Assembly: GCA_038087875.1 (NCBI GenBank)
Contig: CM075987.1
Coordinates: forward strand, 28,026,001 to 28,090,000
Origin: Malacoraja senta
Taxonomy: Eukaryota
Length of the DNA: 64,000 nucleotides
Direction: 5' to 3'
The position numbers were made by a program, and so were the translations under genes. Within the stretch, counting starts at the first letter, position 1. Every line of letters starts with the position of its first letter. A model generated the notes under the pieces. It did no database searches. It saw nothing but the letters and a program-made list of their open reading frames with translations, and had not been told where the DNA came from. Below are positions 50,096 through 63,559 of the stretch, one piece after another.

Positions 50096-50680
50096 TGAGG
50101 GGGAATTTTGTGCTCTACCCATACCCTGTTTCTGCCTTTACTCAGATAGGCTCAAATGAAAATAAAACAGCTCGTAGATCAGTGGTGAGTCTATAGAACA
50201 AGTTAGTTTATTGAAGGCCTTAATAATGCGCACCGAAAAACACTCTGACTACTTTAGTGTTTCACATGGATTTGAAATGTCAATAAGTCAATTGATCAAT
50301 GCCTCTGTAACCTTTGTCTTTGTCTTTCCCCAAACCTATCTCTAACCTTATGTTTCTTGTTATTTAGTTTACCACTCTCCCCTTTTGTACCAAAAATGTC
50401 AGTATCTCTGTATGGAGAATTGATGGGGTCAGTTTATTAAAAAGGGCCATTAATTGCTGAGTAAAGAGCAACTGTAATCTCAAGATTGCAATGGATAAGA
50501 ACCTAAACAGAACTCAAAAACTAAACCCCTTCAATAGATAAAGAGGCCTGCTTTTCAATAGAGTGTATTCGTTTTAGCTATTTTAATTAGGCTGTTCTGT
50601 GAAAGCTAAATACATTGACACTTCCATTTATTACCTTCCTAATATCCTATGTTGGCCATTTTTCCCATCAAGCTTCCCCA
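50096..50680 (-). mobile_element. LTR-like remnant
   Basis: On minus: aataaa about 110 nt before an end reading aaaattccccctCA, with a roughly complementary tggggaa near 50680. No clean TSD. Confidence 0.3.
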
Positions 50681-51215
50681 GTATGTAAGCTCTAGGGTTA
50701 AACAGACTATAACCTACTTATCTTCCTTATAATTTCTAAATTTCCGACAACAGGGAGGATTTTAAGAATAAGATGTTCAGGGCCAGTATATTCTTGTTAG
50801 AGTGAAGGGTAAATCTGGAAGATTAGAGAATCCTAACTCATAAGGGATATTGAGGAACTGGTCAGGAAAAATGAGCCAGGTGTCAGGAGTAGGAGGCTGG
50901 GATTAACAAATCCCTTCAGGAGTATAAGAGATGTCGAGGTACACTTCACACCATTTTGGAGTTTGCTGAATTACAATATTTGTTCCATTCTACTGTTTCG
51001 CACTACCCTTGTTTATTATTGTATTTATCATGACAATACATACTGTTTACTCTGAGTTTCATGCAAGCAAGGAATTTCATTACACCTTGACAAGAAATAA
51101 ATCTAATCTAAGAGGGAAATTAAGAGCGCAAAAAGAGGACATTAGATAGCTTTGGCAGATAAGGTAAAGGAGAATCCTAAGAGGCACTATAAGTATATTA
51201 AGAATAATAGAGTAA

Positions 51216-51447
51216 AGGGCCTGTCCCACTTTCACGACCTAATTCACAACCTTTTTTACTCGTGGACATTTTTCATCATGCTAGAAAAACGCTCCGACCT
51301 ACTTGATGTTACGAGTATCTACGACTAGCATCACGACCTACCTACGACCTACCTACGACCTCCTACAACCTCGTGACGACCATGCTGCGAGTATGAGTCA
51401 AGGGCAAACTCGGCAGAGGTTTAGGTCGTGAAAGTGGGACAGGCCCT
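51216..51447. mobile_element. PIF/Harbinger-type MITE with TAA TSD
   Basis: Perfect 27-bp TIR agggcctgtcccactttcacgacctaa, taa on both flanks, internal (ctacgac) repeats. Confidence 0.9.
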
Positions 51448-52893
51448 TAACTAGGAAGAGAATAGGTCTCCTTAAGAATCATTGTGGTCATCTACATGTG
51501 GAGCCACATGAGATGGGTGAGATCTTAAATTAATTCTTATCATCTGTATGTGGAGAAGGTCATGAAAGTTGGAAAATTCAAAGAGAATAGTGATGTCTCA
51601 AAACATATCCACATTGTAAAAGAGAAGATGCTAATGGTCTTAAAGCGCACAGAAGTGATTGCTTCCCTGGAGCCTGATCAAATGTATCCCTGGACATAGT
51701 AGTAAGAAATTGCTGGGCTGTGGCAAAGATATTTGTAGCATTGTTAGCTATTCTAAGAGACAAGATCTACCTGTGTTTGGAAATACAAGAACTGATTAGG
51801 GACCAATTACAACTCCATCAGTTTAAGAGTGTTTTGAATAGGGTGAAGGCTGGAACATGTGGGAAAGCCCTAAATTGGGTTAAGGCAACTTTATTTAGGC
51901 AGGAGCTCGGGAAGGTGCACTGGGAACAATTGTTATTCAGTAAGTCTATATCTGACATATGGGAGTTGTTTAAAGACTAGTTGATCAAATTTCAGAAACT
52001 GCATGTTCCAGTGCGGAAGAGGGATAGGATGGCAAAGTAAGGAAACCTTAGATGACCAAAGCGGTTGTAAATTTGGTTTAAAAAAAAGGAAGACCATGCA
52101 AAGTTTGTGGGTGGAGTCAGACAGGGTCTTGAGGAATATAAGGCGAGATACTAAACAAATACTTTGCATCTGTTTTCACCAGGGAGAAGGACATGGAGGA
52201 CAGTGAATATGAATGTACAAGGGGAGTTTGAGATTAAGAAGGAGGAGATGTTGGGGGTCTTGAAGAGCATTAAGGTGGATAAATCCCCAGATCCTGATGG
52301 GATTTATTGAGAGAGGCAGGAGAGGAGATTGTAGGAGACTTAAGGAAGATATTAGTGTCTTCCCTAGCCACAGGCGAAGTCCCGGAGGACTCGAGTTGCT
52401 AATATTCCTTTATTTAAGAAGGGAGGTAGGGAGAATCCAGGGAATTGACTTATCACTTATGACCTTATGGAATTGTAGGCCGGTGTACCTCATGTCAAGT
52501 GATGGGAAGCTATTGGAGAGGATTCTTCGGGATAGGATTTACACCCAATTGGAAGAGAATTAAATAGGGTCAGTCAACATGGCTTTTTACATGGCAGGTC
52601 AGGTCATAATTTACTTGATCAAGTTTTTTGAGGAGATGACCAAGGTGATTGACGAGGGTAGTTTGGTCGAGGCTGTCTACATGGATTTTAGTATGGCATT
52701 TGATAAAGTCCCCCCATGGTAGACTAATCAATAAGATTATGATGCATCGGATTAACAGTGACTTGTTTGTATGGATTCAAAACTGGCTTACTGCCAGAAG
52801 ACAGTGGGTTGTGGTGGAGGGACAATATTCAGGCTGGAGGTTTGTGATTAGTGGAGTTCCACAGAGCATGGGCTGAGACCTCTGCTGTTTGTG

Positions 52894-52894
<1 letters not shown>

Positions 52895-52970
<76 letters not shown>
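52895..52970. repeat. (TA)38 microsatellite expanded within the CR1 RT 'IYIND' codons
   Basis: Direct reading; flanked by ctgtttgtgt and aatgacttgga. Confidence 0.97.
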
Positions 52971-52973
<3 letters not shown>

Positions 52974-53450
52974 GACTTGGACGTAAATGTAGACGGGTTG
53001 GTTTTCAGTTTTCTGGGGTCGCAGACTGTGAGGAATGTTGTCAAGACATACAGTGAAATTTAGATCAGCTGTAGAAATGGTCAGGGAAATGTTGCCTGGA
53101 TTAGGGGATATTAGTTACAGGGAGAGGTTGGACAGACTTGGATTGTTTTCTCTGGAACGCTGAAGGTTGCGGAGAGACCTGATAGAAGCATATAAAATTA
53201 CGATAGGCATAGATAGGGTAGATAGTCAGAACCTTTCTCCCAGAATGGAAAATTCAAATGCTAGTGGGCATACCTTTAAAGTGAGACGGGTAAAGTTTAA
53301 AGGAAATGTGCAGGACAACACTGCTAGGGTTGTTGGTTGAGGCAGATATGATAGTAACTGTTCAGTAACTGGATCAACACATGGATATGCAGAGAATGGA
53401 TGGATATGGATTGTGTGCAGATGGTTAAGTGATGGTCTTGGCATCATGTT

Positions 53451-54304
53451 GACGACTTCAGGAGGCACAGCACCGACTTAGCCCCCCTATACATCAACGG
53501 CGAGTGTGTGGAGAGGGTCTACACCTTCCGGTTTCTCGGCGTCCTCATCTCCGCTGACATCTCCTGGACAGACAACATCACAGCGGTCATCAAGAAGGCT
53601 CAGCAGCGGCTGCACTTCCTGAGGGTCCTCAGGAAGTACAACCTGGACTCCAACCTGCTGCTGACCTTCTACCGCTCGTCCATTGAGAGCCTGCTGACAT
53701 ACTGCATTACAGCATGGTACGGCAGCTGCACCATGGCAGACAGGGAGAGGCTTCAGAGGGTAGTTAGGGCAGCACAGAAGATCATTGGCTGCCCTCTCCC
53801 CTCCCTGATGGACATTTACACCTCCCGCTGCCTCAGCAGGGCAAAGAACATCATCAAGGACAGCTCCCATCCTGCGTTTGGCCTGTTCGACCTGCTGCCC
53901 TCAGGGAGGCGCTATAGGTGCATCAGAACAAGGACAAATAGACTCAAGAAGTTGCTTTCCAAAAGCCATAACCTCTCTGAACTCACACATGCACTGACTT
54001 CACAGCTTAACCCCCGGACTTCCATCTATCCACCTACTGTAATTTGTACTGTAACTGTAATTTTTAATATGTGAATAACCCATACTGTATATAGGAATCC
54101 TATTTATTCACCCTATTTACCCATTGTCTTTTTATAGATATGTATATAGCGCCGCAGAACTGTGCACCTTATCCCCCCACCCCCCCCCCCCCTTTTTGTT
54201 TTGTTTTTTTGTTTTTTGAACTAATTACATGTCTGCACTGAGTACGAGCTGCTTTTAATCTCATTGTACATGTGTATAGTGACAATAAAATGGCATTCAT
54301 TCAT
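53451..54304 (+). mobile_element. Rex1/Babar LINE, young 5'-truncated copy with 7-bp TSD
   Basis: FRFLGVLISADISW...KAQQRLHFLRVLRK...FYRSSIESLLTYCITAWYG and a (catt)n tail. TSD tcatgtt at 53444-53450 and 54305-54311. Confidence 0.9.
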
Positions 54305-55338
54305 TCATGTTCAGCACAGACATTGTGGGATGAAGGGCCCGTTCTTGTGCTGTACTATTCTATGTTCATTGATCTATGGTTGTAACCTGAACAGTGTACG
54401 TTAGAAAAGCAGCCACAAACCAAATTCCCCACACAGTAGAAGATGCCTATAGCACTGCAGCACCTGACAAATCCATCCTGTCGGTCTCCCAAATACTAAT
54501 TCAAATGTACGAGTTGTGTACAAGTCGGTCATTCGTGTGGGGAAGACCTGTATTAAAATTACTCAACTTTTGTTACGTGTATGTCAATTTTTGCATTTAT
54601 GCTTTTTGCTACTTCATAGTGTCTTCCAGATACCTAAATGCAATTCTACTTAGACTATTACCCATTTGTTATTTCTACCCATTATCGGCAAGAGTACCCT
54701 TTCTTTCTTTGTTATTTTTCCTGTCACCAAATGCATTTAATTCTGATCATCATACAGCTATGAACACAGAACAAAGAACAATACAGTACAGGAACAGGAC
54801 CTTTAGCCCACAATGTTTGCGCCGAACATAGTGCAAGTTAAACTGATCTCATCTGCCTACACATGATCTATATCCCTCTATCCCTTGAATTTTCGTGCGC
54901 CTATCTGTCTTCTAAATACCACTATTGTGTCTGCCTCCACCACCATCCCTGATGATGCGTTCCAAGTCCCCACCACTGTGTAAAACATTTGCCCTGCGCA
55001 TCTCCCAAAGTGCAACACCTCACACTTGCTCAGATTAAGCTCTATCTGTATTGGCTACAACTTCATATCATTCATTGAATCTCCACCTTGATTTGTTCAT
55101 TATTATTTGTATTTGAAGAAAACCTGTTAGGGCCACAGATTCTGATTTCTCCCTCCAGATTCTTTGGGAATAAGGGATGCTAAATCTGCAGTAAACTGTT
55201 AACCAAAATATGATTTGTTAATTTACCAGTTCTTACTTCTTAAACAGGCATGGAAACCAATCCATCAATTGGTTTCTTGACACTGGATTAAAGTGTTAAG
55301 AGAAGAAGTTTCTGACACTTTTTTCTTTTGTCCTTCAG

Positions 55339-55368
55339 CAGATTGTTGAAAGACTCAACTGATCTTTG
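55339..55368 (+). CDS. Putative exon 5, cytoplasmic (FRLLKDSTDL)
   Basis: Long pyrimidine tract with a cagcag tandem acceptor and donor |gtaggt. Phase 2 to 2 and open in the required frame. Confidence 0.6.
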
Positions 55369-56309
55369 GTAGGTATAACACACAGATTTGTTATCGTCGC
55401 CCTTTAAATCACAAGTTATAGTCATAGAGTTGTACAACACAGAAAGAGGCCCTGCACCACATTATGTCCATGCCATCCATTTTACACATTTACACAAATC
55501 CCATTTGAACGCATTAGGAACATGGTCTTCTCTGCCTTGCCTATTTAAGTGTCTGTCGAAATGCCTCTAAAAATGTAATTATTGTAACTGCACCTTATCT
55601 GGCAGTTCATTCCAGATATCAATAATTCTGTTGAAAAAAATCTCAGATTTTCTTTAAAATTCCTTGCTGTCACCTTGACCCCATGCCCTTTTTGATAACC
55701 CTACCATGGGAAAAGATTTTGACTATCTACCCTATCTCTGCCTTTTGCAATCTTATTTACTTCTATCGGGTCACTTCTCAGCTTTCTTTGCCCCCAAAAA
55801 TGAATTATCTCCATAATTTCCCTACTACTGATATAAGGCTCACTGCCTATTGTTACCTGGATTATTTCTGCTGCCTTTGTTCAATAAAGGAACAACAATG
55901 GCTATCCTCCGGTCTTCTGGAACTTTGCCTATGAATACCGAAGTGGCAACAATCTCTGTCAGGACCCCAGCAATCTCCTTCTTTGCTTAACATTCTAGGA
56001 CAGGTTTCATCAGGCCTGGGGATTTATCCATGCTTATGCATTTCAAGACATCTAATACCTCCACCTTCTTAATATGGTATATCCTTTCCTGAATTCAATG
56101 TCCTTCTCCTTGATGAATACCGATGAGATGTATTAATTTAAGACCTCACCCATATCACTGACGATACACATAGATTACCTCTTTACTCCTTTAGGTGAAC
56201 CACTCCTTTTCTAGCTGAGTCTTGCTTTAGCTGATATATCTGTAACTTTACTTCCATCCTAAGGTTAGGCGTGGATATTCACTGATGTTTGCATGATGTT
56301 CAAATAGTA

Positions 56310-57190
56310 ACATAAAAACATAGAAAATAGGTGCAGGAGGCCATTTGGCCCTTCGACCCAGCACCACCATTCATTGTGATCATGGCTGATCATCCACATT
56401 CAGTAACCCGTGCCTGCCTTCTCCCCATATCCCTTGATTCCGCTAGCCCCTAGAGCTCTATCTAACTCTCTCTTAAATCAATCCAGTGACTTGGCCTCCA
56501 CTGCCCTCTGTGGCAGAGAATTCCACAAATTTACAACTTTCTGGGTGAAAATGTTTTTTCTCATCTCAGTTTTAAATGGCCTCCCCTTTATTCTTGGACT
56601 GTGGCCCCTGGTTCTGGACTCCCCCAACATTGGGAACATTTTTTCTGCATCTAGCTTGTCCAGTCCTTTTATAATTTTATATGTTTCTATAGGATCCCCT
56701 CTCATCCTTCTAAATTCCAGTGAATACAAGCCCAGTCTTTCCAATCTTTTCTCATATGACATATGGTTTGTAGGTTAATTGGCTTGGTAAATGTAAAAAT
56801 TGTCCCTAGTGGGTGTAGGATGGTGTTAATGTGCGGGGATCGCTAGTTGGCGCGGACCCGGTGGGCCGCAGGGCCTGTTTCCACGCTGTATCTCTAAACT
56901 ATAAACTAAACATGACAGTCCTGCCATCCCGGGGATTAACTTACGCTGCACTGCCTCAATAGCAAGGATGTCCTTCCTCAAATTAGGAGACCAAAATACT
57001 CCAGTGGTTATCCACTATGTTCTTGCCGCCATAGTGGATAACCTCACATCTATCTACATTATACTGCATCTGCCATGCATCTGCCCACTCACTCAACCTG
57101 TCCAAGTCACCCTGTAACCTCCTAGCATCCTCTTCGCAGTTCACACTGCCACCCAGCTTTGTGTCATCTGCAAATTTGCTAGTGTTACTC
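56310..57190 (-). mobile_element. CR1 3' fragments with internal deletion; partial SINE inserted at 56762-56910
   Basis: SYEKRLERLGLYSLEFRRMRGD; SKFADDTKLGG; SINE tail with ctaaa. Confidence 0.88.
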
Positions 57191-58469
57191 CTCAGAAAAT
57201 ACTGAAGTCCATGCCTGCTGTAGGTAGACACAGTCACCATTTTCCACGTTTTCATTTGGAAATATATTGTGTTGGTAATCCCAGATGCCTATGCTATTTA
57301 CTGGTCTTGCAGAAAAAGGACATTACATTGACTTTCCTTGAGTAGAGTGAATCTGAATGATGACTACCAATTAGCCAGGTGCAAAGGAGGTAGAGATTAG
57401 AGATTAGAGATTCCTTTATTTGTCATTATAAAGGTTTCCATGACAGTTACCCAATGGGCAAGCACTGTAGCCATGGCTCTATAACTGTTGCACTGGCAAT
57501 AGCAGATGGTGAAACTCATGATGTACTCTCTCTCAGAATGGTATGCAGGCAAGTTTGTGCTTTTGGAATTTTCTCAAAAGATGAAAGTTCTTGCCAAAGC
57601 CATTGATTTCCTCATCCGTGTCTTACTTCTATGGCAGCTGTGTTTGTAGTACTTGCTCTTCTGGCAACAAAACAATTTGTTTTCAACTGAAAATAAATCT
57701 TGGCATACCAGCACATATATATTTTGTGCAAAATATATCTTGTGCAAAATATATCTTGTACAAAACTCTCAACATTGTTTCCTAAAATGTATACTCGCAT
57801 ACATGCAATTGAAATTGGAAATAAATCCATCCAGTACCTTAGGTCCAGCCTTTAGCATTGTCATTTCGTGATTTCTTGATTACCAGAGTCGTAGTAAATA
57901 GTGTAATAGAGACAAAATAAATAGTGTACATTATGGCTTTCAAATGCATGTATGCGTTTTTAAAAAAGATTAACATATTTGGTTTGCAAGAGGACTAAAC
58001 CAAGAATAATTGCAAATAGTCGTGAACATTGATAAAGTTGAAACACAATATGATCAAGAAAATTAAAAAATGCTCGAGGAAGGCAGCGTCCATGGAAGTA
58101 AATGGACAGATGACATTTTGTGTTGTCATCCTTCAGACTGGATTTAAATATGTTTTTAGAGACAGCATACAGTGCAAATGTATGTTGTTTACTCGCCTGC
58201 CTTTCTAATTTTTAAATTGCAGCATGGCGTAGATATAATCCCTCTGATTTTTGACAGATTAGGGAGCAGTGTGCTAGCATAATGGGCTGGCCAATTAAGA
58301 ATAAGTAGGAATTTCTTCCTTTGCAAGTTTGTGGATCTTTGATTTCTTTATTCTGGAGAGCTATGGCATTATGTATATTCATTGCAGAGATTGATTGATT
58401 TTTTTTTACAGTAAGGGAAAAAAGAGTTACAGGGATCAGACAGTAAAATGAAGAGGCCAAAGATCGACA

Positions 58470-59300
58470 CGGTTCCGCATGGTAGGCTGCTCTGGAAGGT
58501 TAGATCGCATGGGATCCAAGGACAGATAGCTGAATGGATAGCAAATTGGCTCCATGGAAGGAAACAGAGGGTAATCATGGAAGGTTGCTTCTCAGACTGG
58601 ATGCCTGTGACTGGTTGTGTGCCTCAGGGTTTGCTGCTGGGCCCGTTACTGTTTGTCATATACATCAATGATTTGGATGAGAACATACAGGGCAAGATTA
58701 GCAAGTTTGCTGATGATACAAAAGTTAGTGGTTTTGCAGATAGTGAAGATGGTTGTAAAAGATTGCAGCAGGATCTGGATCAATTGGCCAGGTGGGCAGA
58801 GGAACAGTTGATGGAATTTAATGCAGAGAAGTGTGAGGTGTTGCATTTTGGGACGTCGAACAAGGGCAGGACCTACACAGTAAATGGTAGGCCTCTGGGT
58901 AGTGTTGTAGAGCAGAGGGATCTAGGAGTACAGGTGCATGGTTCCTTGAAGGTTGAGTTGCAGGTAGATAAGGTGGTCAAAAAGGCTTATGGCACTTTGG
59001 CCTTCTTCAGTCAGAGTATTGAGTATAGAAGTTGGGAGGTCTTGTTGCAGTTGTATAAGACGTTGGTGAGACCGCATTTAGAACATTCTGTTCAGTTCTG
59101 GGCACTATGTTATAGGAAAGATATTGTCAAGCTTGAAAGTGTTCAGAAAAGATTTACGAGGATGTTGCCAGAACTAGAGGGTGTGAGCTATAGGGAGAGG
59201 TTGAGTCGGCTGGGTCACTATTCCATGGAGTGCAGGAGGATGAGGGGAGATCTTATAGAGGTATACATGAGAGGAATAGATCAGGTAGATGCACAGATAG
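58470..59300 (+). mobile_element. CR1 RT fragment
   Basis: ORF 58448-59356: VPHGRLL, VPQG.LLGP, FADD, LYKTLVRPHLE. Confidence 0.92.
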
Positions 59301-59862
59301 ATGTCTATAATGTCAAGTTCTGTGTCTCTATCGCATGTCCTTGTTTTCTTCTGTAATGTTTCTAGTTTCAGAATGAACGCATGTTTCCATCTACCTGCTC
59401 TGATTCTGCCTCCTTACTGCCACTCCTGCTTTACCATCAATGCTTCCATACCAATAGTCTCTGATTTTTGAATTTAGGGTTCATTTTTCCCTCTTTACTA
59501 GTTACCTCACATCTCTTTCACCAGTTCATTTCTCCGACTAGATTCCTCAGCATCTCTGTATTTGAGTTTACCCTGAAGATGAGCATCATTCCCCACTCCT
59601 TCAGTATCAGGTCCATCCTCAACTCTAAAATTTGTCCCATGCATTTGAGATTTCATCTGATTTCCCTTCTCCCATTTCACCTATTGCTCAAAGTTCTGAA
59701 AAAATCATATCAAAGTAATGTATCTTAAAGGATTCCCCTACTACTCTTTTCCAGAATTCCTATGTACTCCATTTATCCTCATGGCCATAATTGAGGGCTT
59801 ATTCATGTTTAATCAATAGCACTGAATGGTAAAATAATATTGGCTGTGTTTTGTACTCTTAG

Positions 59863-59911
59863 CAATAAGTCAGATCCATTGACTTCAGTGAAATCAGAAG
59901 ATGGAAAGTGA
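59863..59911 (+). CDS. Putative terminal coding exon 6 (CNKSDPLTSVKSEDGK*)
   Basis: Acceptor tgttttgtactcttag|. The phase-2 start is compatible with exon 5, and repeat-free AT-rich 3' UTR-like sequence follows. Confidence 0.55.
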
Positions 59912-60522
59912 TTACATCTGGCAACCGATTCCTTTTTGCTCACATCACTGGAGACCAAAGACATATTTCCATGCCAACTTTTTAAGTGACTTGTTAATTA
60001 TTAAAACAAGGTAATTGTTCATTGTTAGCCTCAATTTAGCCCTGACATAGGTAACAGGAAGAGGGAAATATAGTGCATTTAAAGCCAAGAATCCTCCCAA
60101 TCAAATCTATCTGAAGGAGATTAAACACAATCAATGGCTATAAAGTAGAACGTAAAGAGCAGAGTAGATCAAATTACATTTTTCTTTGCTTAAGGGAGTA
60201 CCCATAGGCAACCTCGCATGGCAAATGCACATTCTGGAGCAATTTGAATTGAGAGGTATTCTAATGATTTAAAAAATATAATATCATAATCGTAGAATTC
60301 ACAGAATACATGAATGTAGAAATATGTTGCTCTACATTTTTCTGCAACATTCCAGTATAAATGATTGATGTAAAAAATTAAATTGCATCTCTTTCATTTT
60401 AATACAGGGAAACAACTTAACAGTAGATGGCAACATCGAATCCTAATCGTCCTCATTAATCTTCATTCCCAGATCTCTTTTCCAGGAGATCTCATCAAAT
60501 CTGTATATTCAGGATGTAGATC

Positions 60523-60528
60523 AATAAA
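60523..60528 (+). promoter_or_regulatory. Candidate polyadenylation signal of the plus-strand gene
   Basis: aataaa followed by a T/GT-rich tract. An attaaa also occurs at 60000. Confidence 0.4.
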
Positions 60529-60769
60529 TGTTTTATACTTCTTGGTGATACTCTTGTTTGCCTTGTATTTTATGAATCAACTTCTCAGTAAGAGTTGAGG
60601 CTCTCTCTGTTTGTGTCAGAGGTTTCCCCTACTTTCTAGAATCTCTGTATATTCTATTGATTCATGCAAATATAATAGAGACATTGGCAAATTTAATGGA
60701 TAAATATGTGAGAAAATATATGATGTCAGGTTAATTTCAGAGATGGTCAGACAAATTGGGTATCAAATA

Positions 60770-62430
60770 GTCATCGGCGGTCACTGGAAATGAGTATGAC
60801 TTGTCCTCTCCTCTCCCTAGGGTTGTCTACTTGTGGGTCTGCAGATGTCTGCAGAGGCCGATCCACGATCCACACACCTTGGTGCAACTTGGGCAGTGGA
60901 GACTGGCGGTGGTTGGTAGTCGTCGAGCCCCCTTCTCTCTCTCCTTACGGTGCAGTCGCTTTGTCTCTGCGACATGGCGTAGTTCCGTTTCATAACATGC
61001 GGCTCCATCCTGCACGGATTTTCTCCAGGAGCGCCTGTCCATTGCAATGTGCTCCCAGTTGCTCGATGTGATGTGAAATCTTCAGATTGTTCTTGATGTT
61101 GTCCTTGAAGCGTTTCTTTGGCCTGCCGGGGGCTCGCCAACCTTCCTTCAGTTGAGAGTACAGGATGTGTTTAGGGAGATGTGTGTTGGACATGCGGATG
61201 ACATGGCCAGTCCATCGAAGTTGGTGCTGCATTATTGTGGTGGTGATGCTGGTCATATTGGCTTCTTCCAAAACGCTGATGTTGGTGTGTTTGTCCTCCC
61301 AGCTGATCCTCAGAATCTTTTGTAAGGATCTTTGATGGTATTGTTCCAGGGGTCTCAGGTGCCTGCAGTAGGTGGTCCATGACTCGGCTCCATACAACAG
61401 GGTGGGGAGGACAACGGCTCTGTAGACCAGCAGTTTTGTTTGAGCCTTTAGGTCTCGGTCTTCGAAGTCTCTTTTCCTGAATCTGGCGTAGGCTCCACTG
61501 GCACAACTCAGGCAATGGTTGACCTCAGAGTCAATGGCAGCTTTTGAGGAAAGAATGCTGCCAAGGTAGGGGAAGTGGTCAACGTTTTCACGAGTGGTGT
61601 CCTCCACTTTTACAGTGGGCTGGGTAGACGGCTGGTTGGTTGGAGGTTGATGTAGGACCTGGGTTTTCTTGATGTTCAAGGCTAGGCCCATGGCTCTGTA
61701 TGTCTTGGCAAAGGCATTCAGGATGCCCTGGAGGTCTTCTGCAGAGTGTGCTGCAATGGCGCAGTCGTCCGCGTACTGAAACTCCATGATGGCAGTGTTA
61801 CTGACTTTGCTCTTGGCCTTCAACCTATTAAGGTTAAAGAGCCCACTGTCTGTTCTGTAGAGGATTGGGATCCCCTGTGGCTGCTCTTCACCAATGAGGT
61901 GAAGTGTGGCAGCAATGAAGACGACAAACAGGGTGGGTGCGATGATGCATCCGTTTGACCCCAGTTTCCACAGTGATGGGCTCGGACTCAGAGCCGCAGT
62001 TGCTGAGCACTGTGACCGACATGGCATCATGTAGAAGCCTCAATATTCTGATGTCATGGCAATCGTACCTTGATAGTATGCTCCAAAGAGCCTGGTGGTC
62101 TACCGAGTCAAAAGCCTTTGTCAGGTCGATGAAGGCCATGTACAAAGGCTGCCTTTGTTCACGGCATTTTTCCTGGAGTTGGCGTGCTGTGAATATCATG
62201 TCTGCTGTACCTCTGGATGGGCAGAAGCCACACTGTGATTCTGGGAGTACCACCGCAGACAGTGGTAGAAGTCGGCTTGCGAGGACACGAACAAGGACTT
62301 TGCATGTTGTTGACAGGAGCGAGATGCCCCTGTGGTTTCCTCATTCAGCCTTGTCCCCTTCTTGAAAATGGTCACTATTAGAGCATCCGTGAGTTCTGAG
62401 GAAAGTTCTTCTTTTTACCAGACCTTGTAC
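60770..62430 (-). mobile_element. RTE-clade (BovB-like) LINE, 5'-truncated and frameshifted
   Basis: LPESQCGF..RGTADMIFTARQLQEKCREQ...AFIDLTKAFDSV; FQYADD; LLYGAESWT; LRWTGHVIRM; C-terminal CPSC.KVCGS.IGL..H..TH. Confidence 0.92.
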
Positions 62431-63559
62431 ATTTCCCAGACCTAGTCCAACTAGTAACAATGCACATAAAAAGGAGTAAAATTACATATTATTGTAAGAG
62501 TTGGTAAGTATGATGATTCTGTTTTAGAATAATGCAGCATTAACAATAGCTGAGGGAAAGTTATAGATAGTAAATGTCAGGTTAAAAATGTAAAATAAAA
62601 TGTAAGACCTAATAGAACAACTTGCAGAATTTGAATTAACATTGTGAAAAAGATTGCAAAAAGGATTTTAATACCCAGCAGTAAACGTTCTACAAAAACA
62701 TTCTTTATTTTTCCTAGAGAAGTTTGAAACTTTATCTAAACCATGCCTGAGGGCAAAACATTTACAGTGGAGCCCTAAAATCTGGTAAAATGAAATTGTA
62801 TTTTCTCCTTTTGTGTAATCTTTCAGGCAAATAAAAGTAAAGACAACAATGTATAAATTTAACATCATTTCTCAAATTAAAATCTATTAGATCCTTTAAC
62901 ATATATGCTGAAAGTCCTTTTTGAAACAACATTCTTTCCTTCATTTATGTTAACTTTTATGTTTTTTATGTGGTTGTGTCTTGTTGCTTTTCACTGAGTA
63001 TGGCTGTACGGTGAACCTTGATGACCATATAAATAGAGTATTTTGCTATCTTCTGTGCCATTGTAATGTGCTATAAAATAATATTTTGCTCATTGTTCAT
63101 TCAGTTCCATACTGTTTTTTCCATTTAATTCCATTCATTACATTGGCCATAACCATGTTAGCGTGATGATTTGATGCATGAATTTTCTGGCACTGAAAAG
63201 CCTTGTGGAGGAATTGAAAGGCATTCATCCAAGGAGATTATATGGGAAGTCCCCTTCCAATGAAGGTCCACAAGTTTTAGGTGGACGCACCTCAAAGGAG
63301 TCTCCTTTGTAGGAGCCTCTCCTCTGACAAATATTTGCTACTTCACCATTCTGCTACAAAGCTTCTGCATGTTCCATAGGGATGTGTCGGCTAAGTTCAG
63401 AAACCACATAACCAGATGTATATGTGGTAAACCATTTTTTTTAAGCATCTGTAATATCCCAGTCCTGTTCCTGGATCTGCCTGTTATGATGGTACTGCGA
63501 CCCTACAGGTAATTCATACTGTCTCGACTCTAGGGACTAGCAGTGATCTTGACAGGGTT

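Larger units (their letters stand above)
50760..53450 (+). mobile_element. Degraded CR1 copies (several pieces) hosting a MITE, a (TA)n and a Rex1
   Basis: GKLLERILRDRIY; FVWIQNWLTARRQWVVVEG...SGVPQ; YINDLD; ERLDRLGLFSLE. Confidence 0.8.

Noticed and set aside
52829..53063. ORFs with (YI)n runs
   Set aside because: Translations of the (TA)n tract in a dead CR1.
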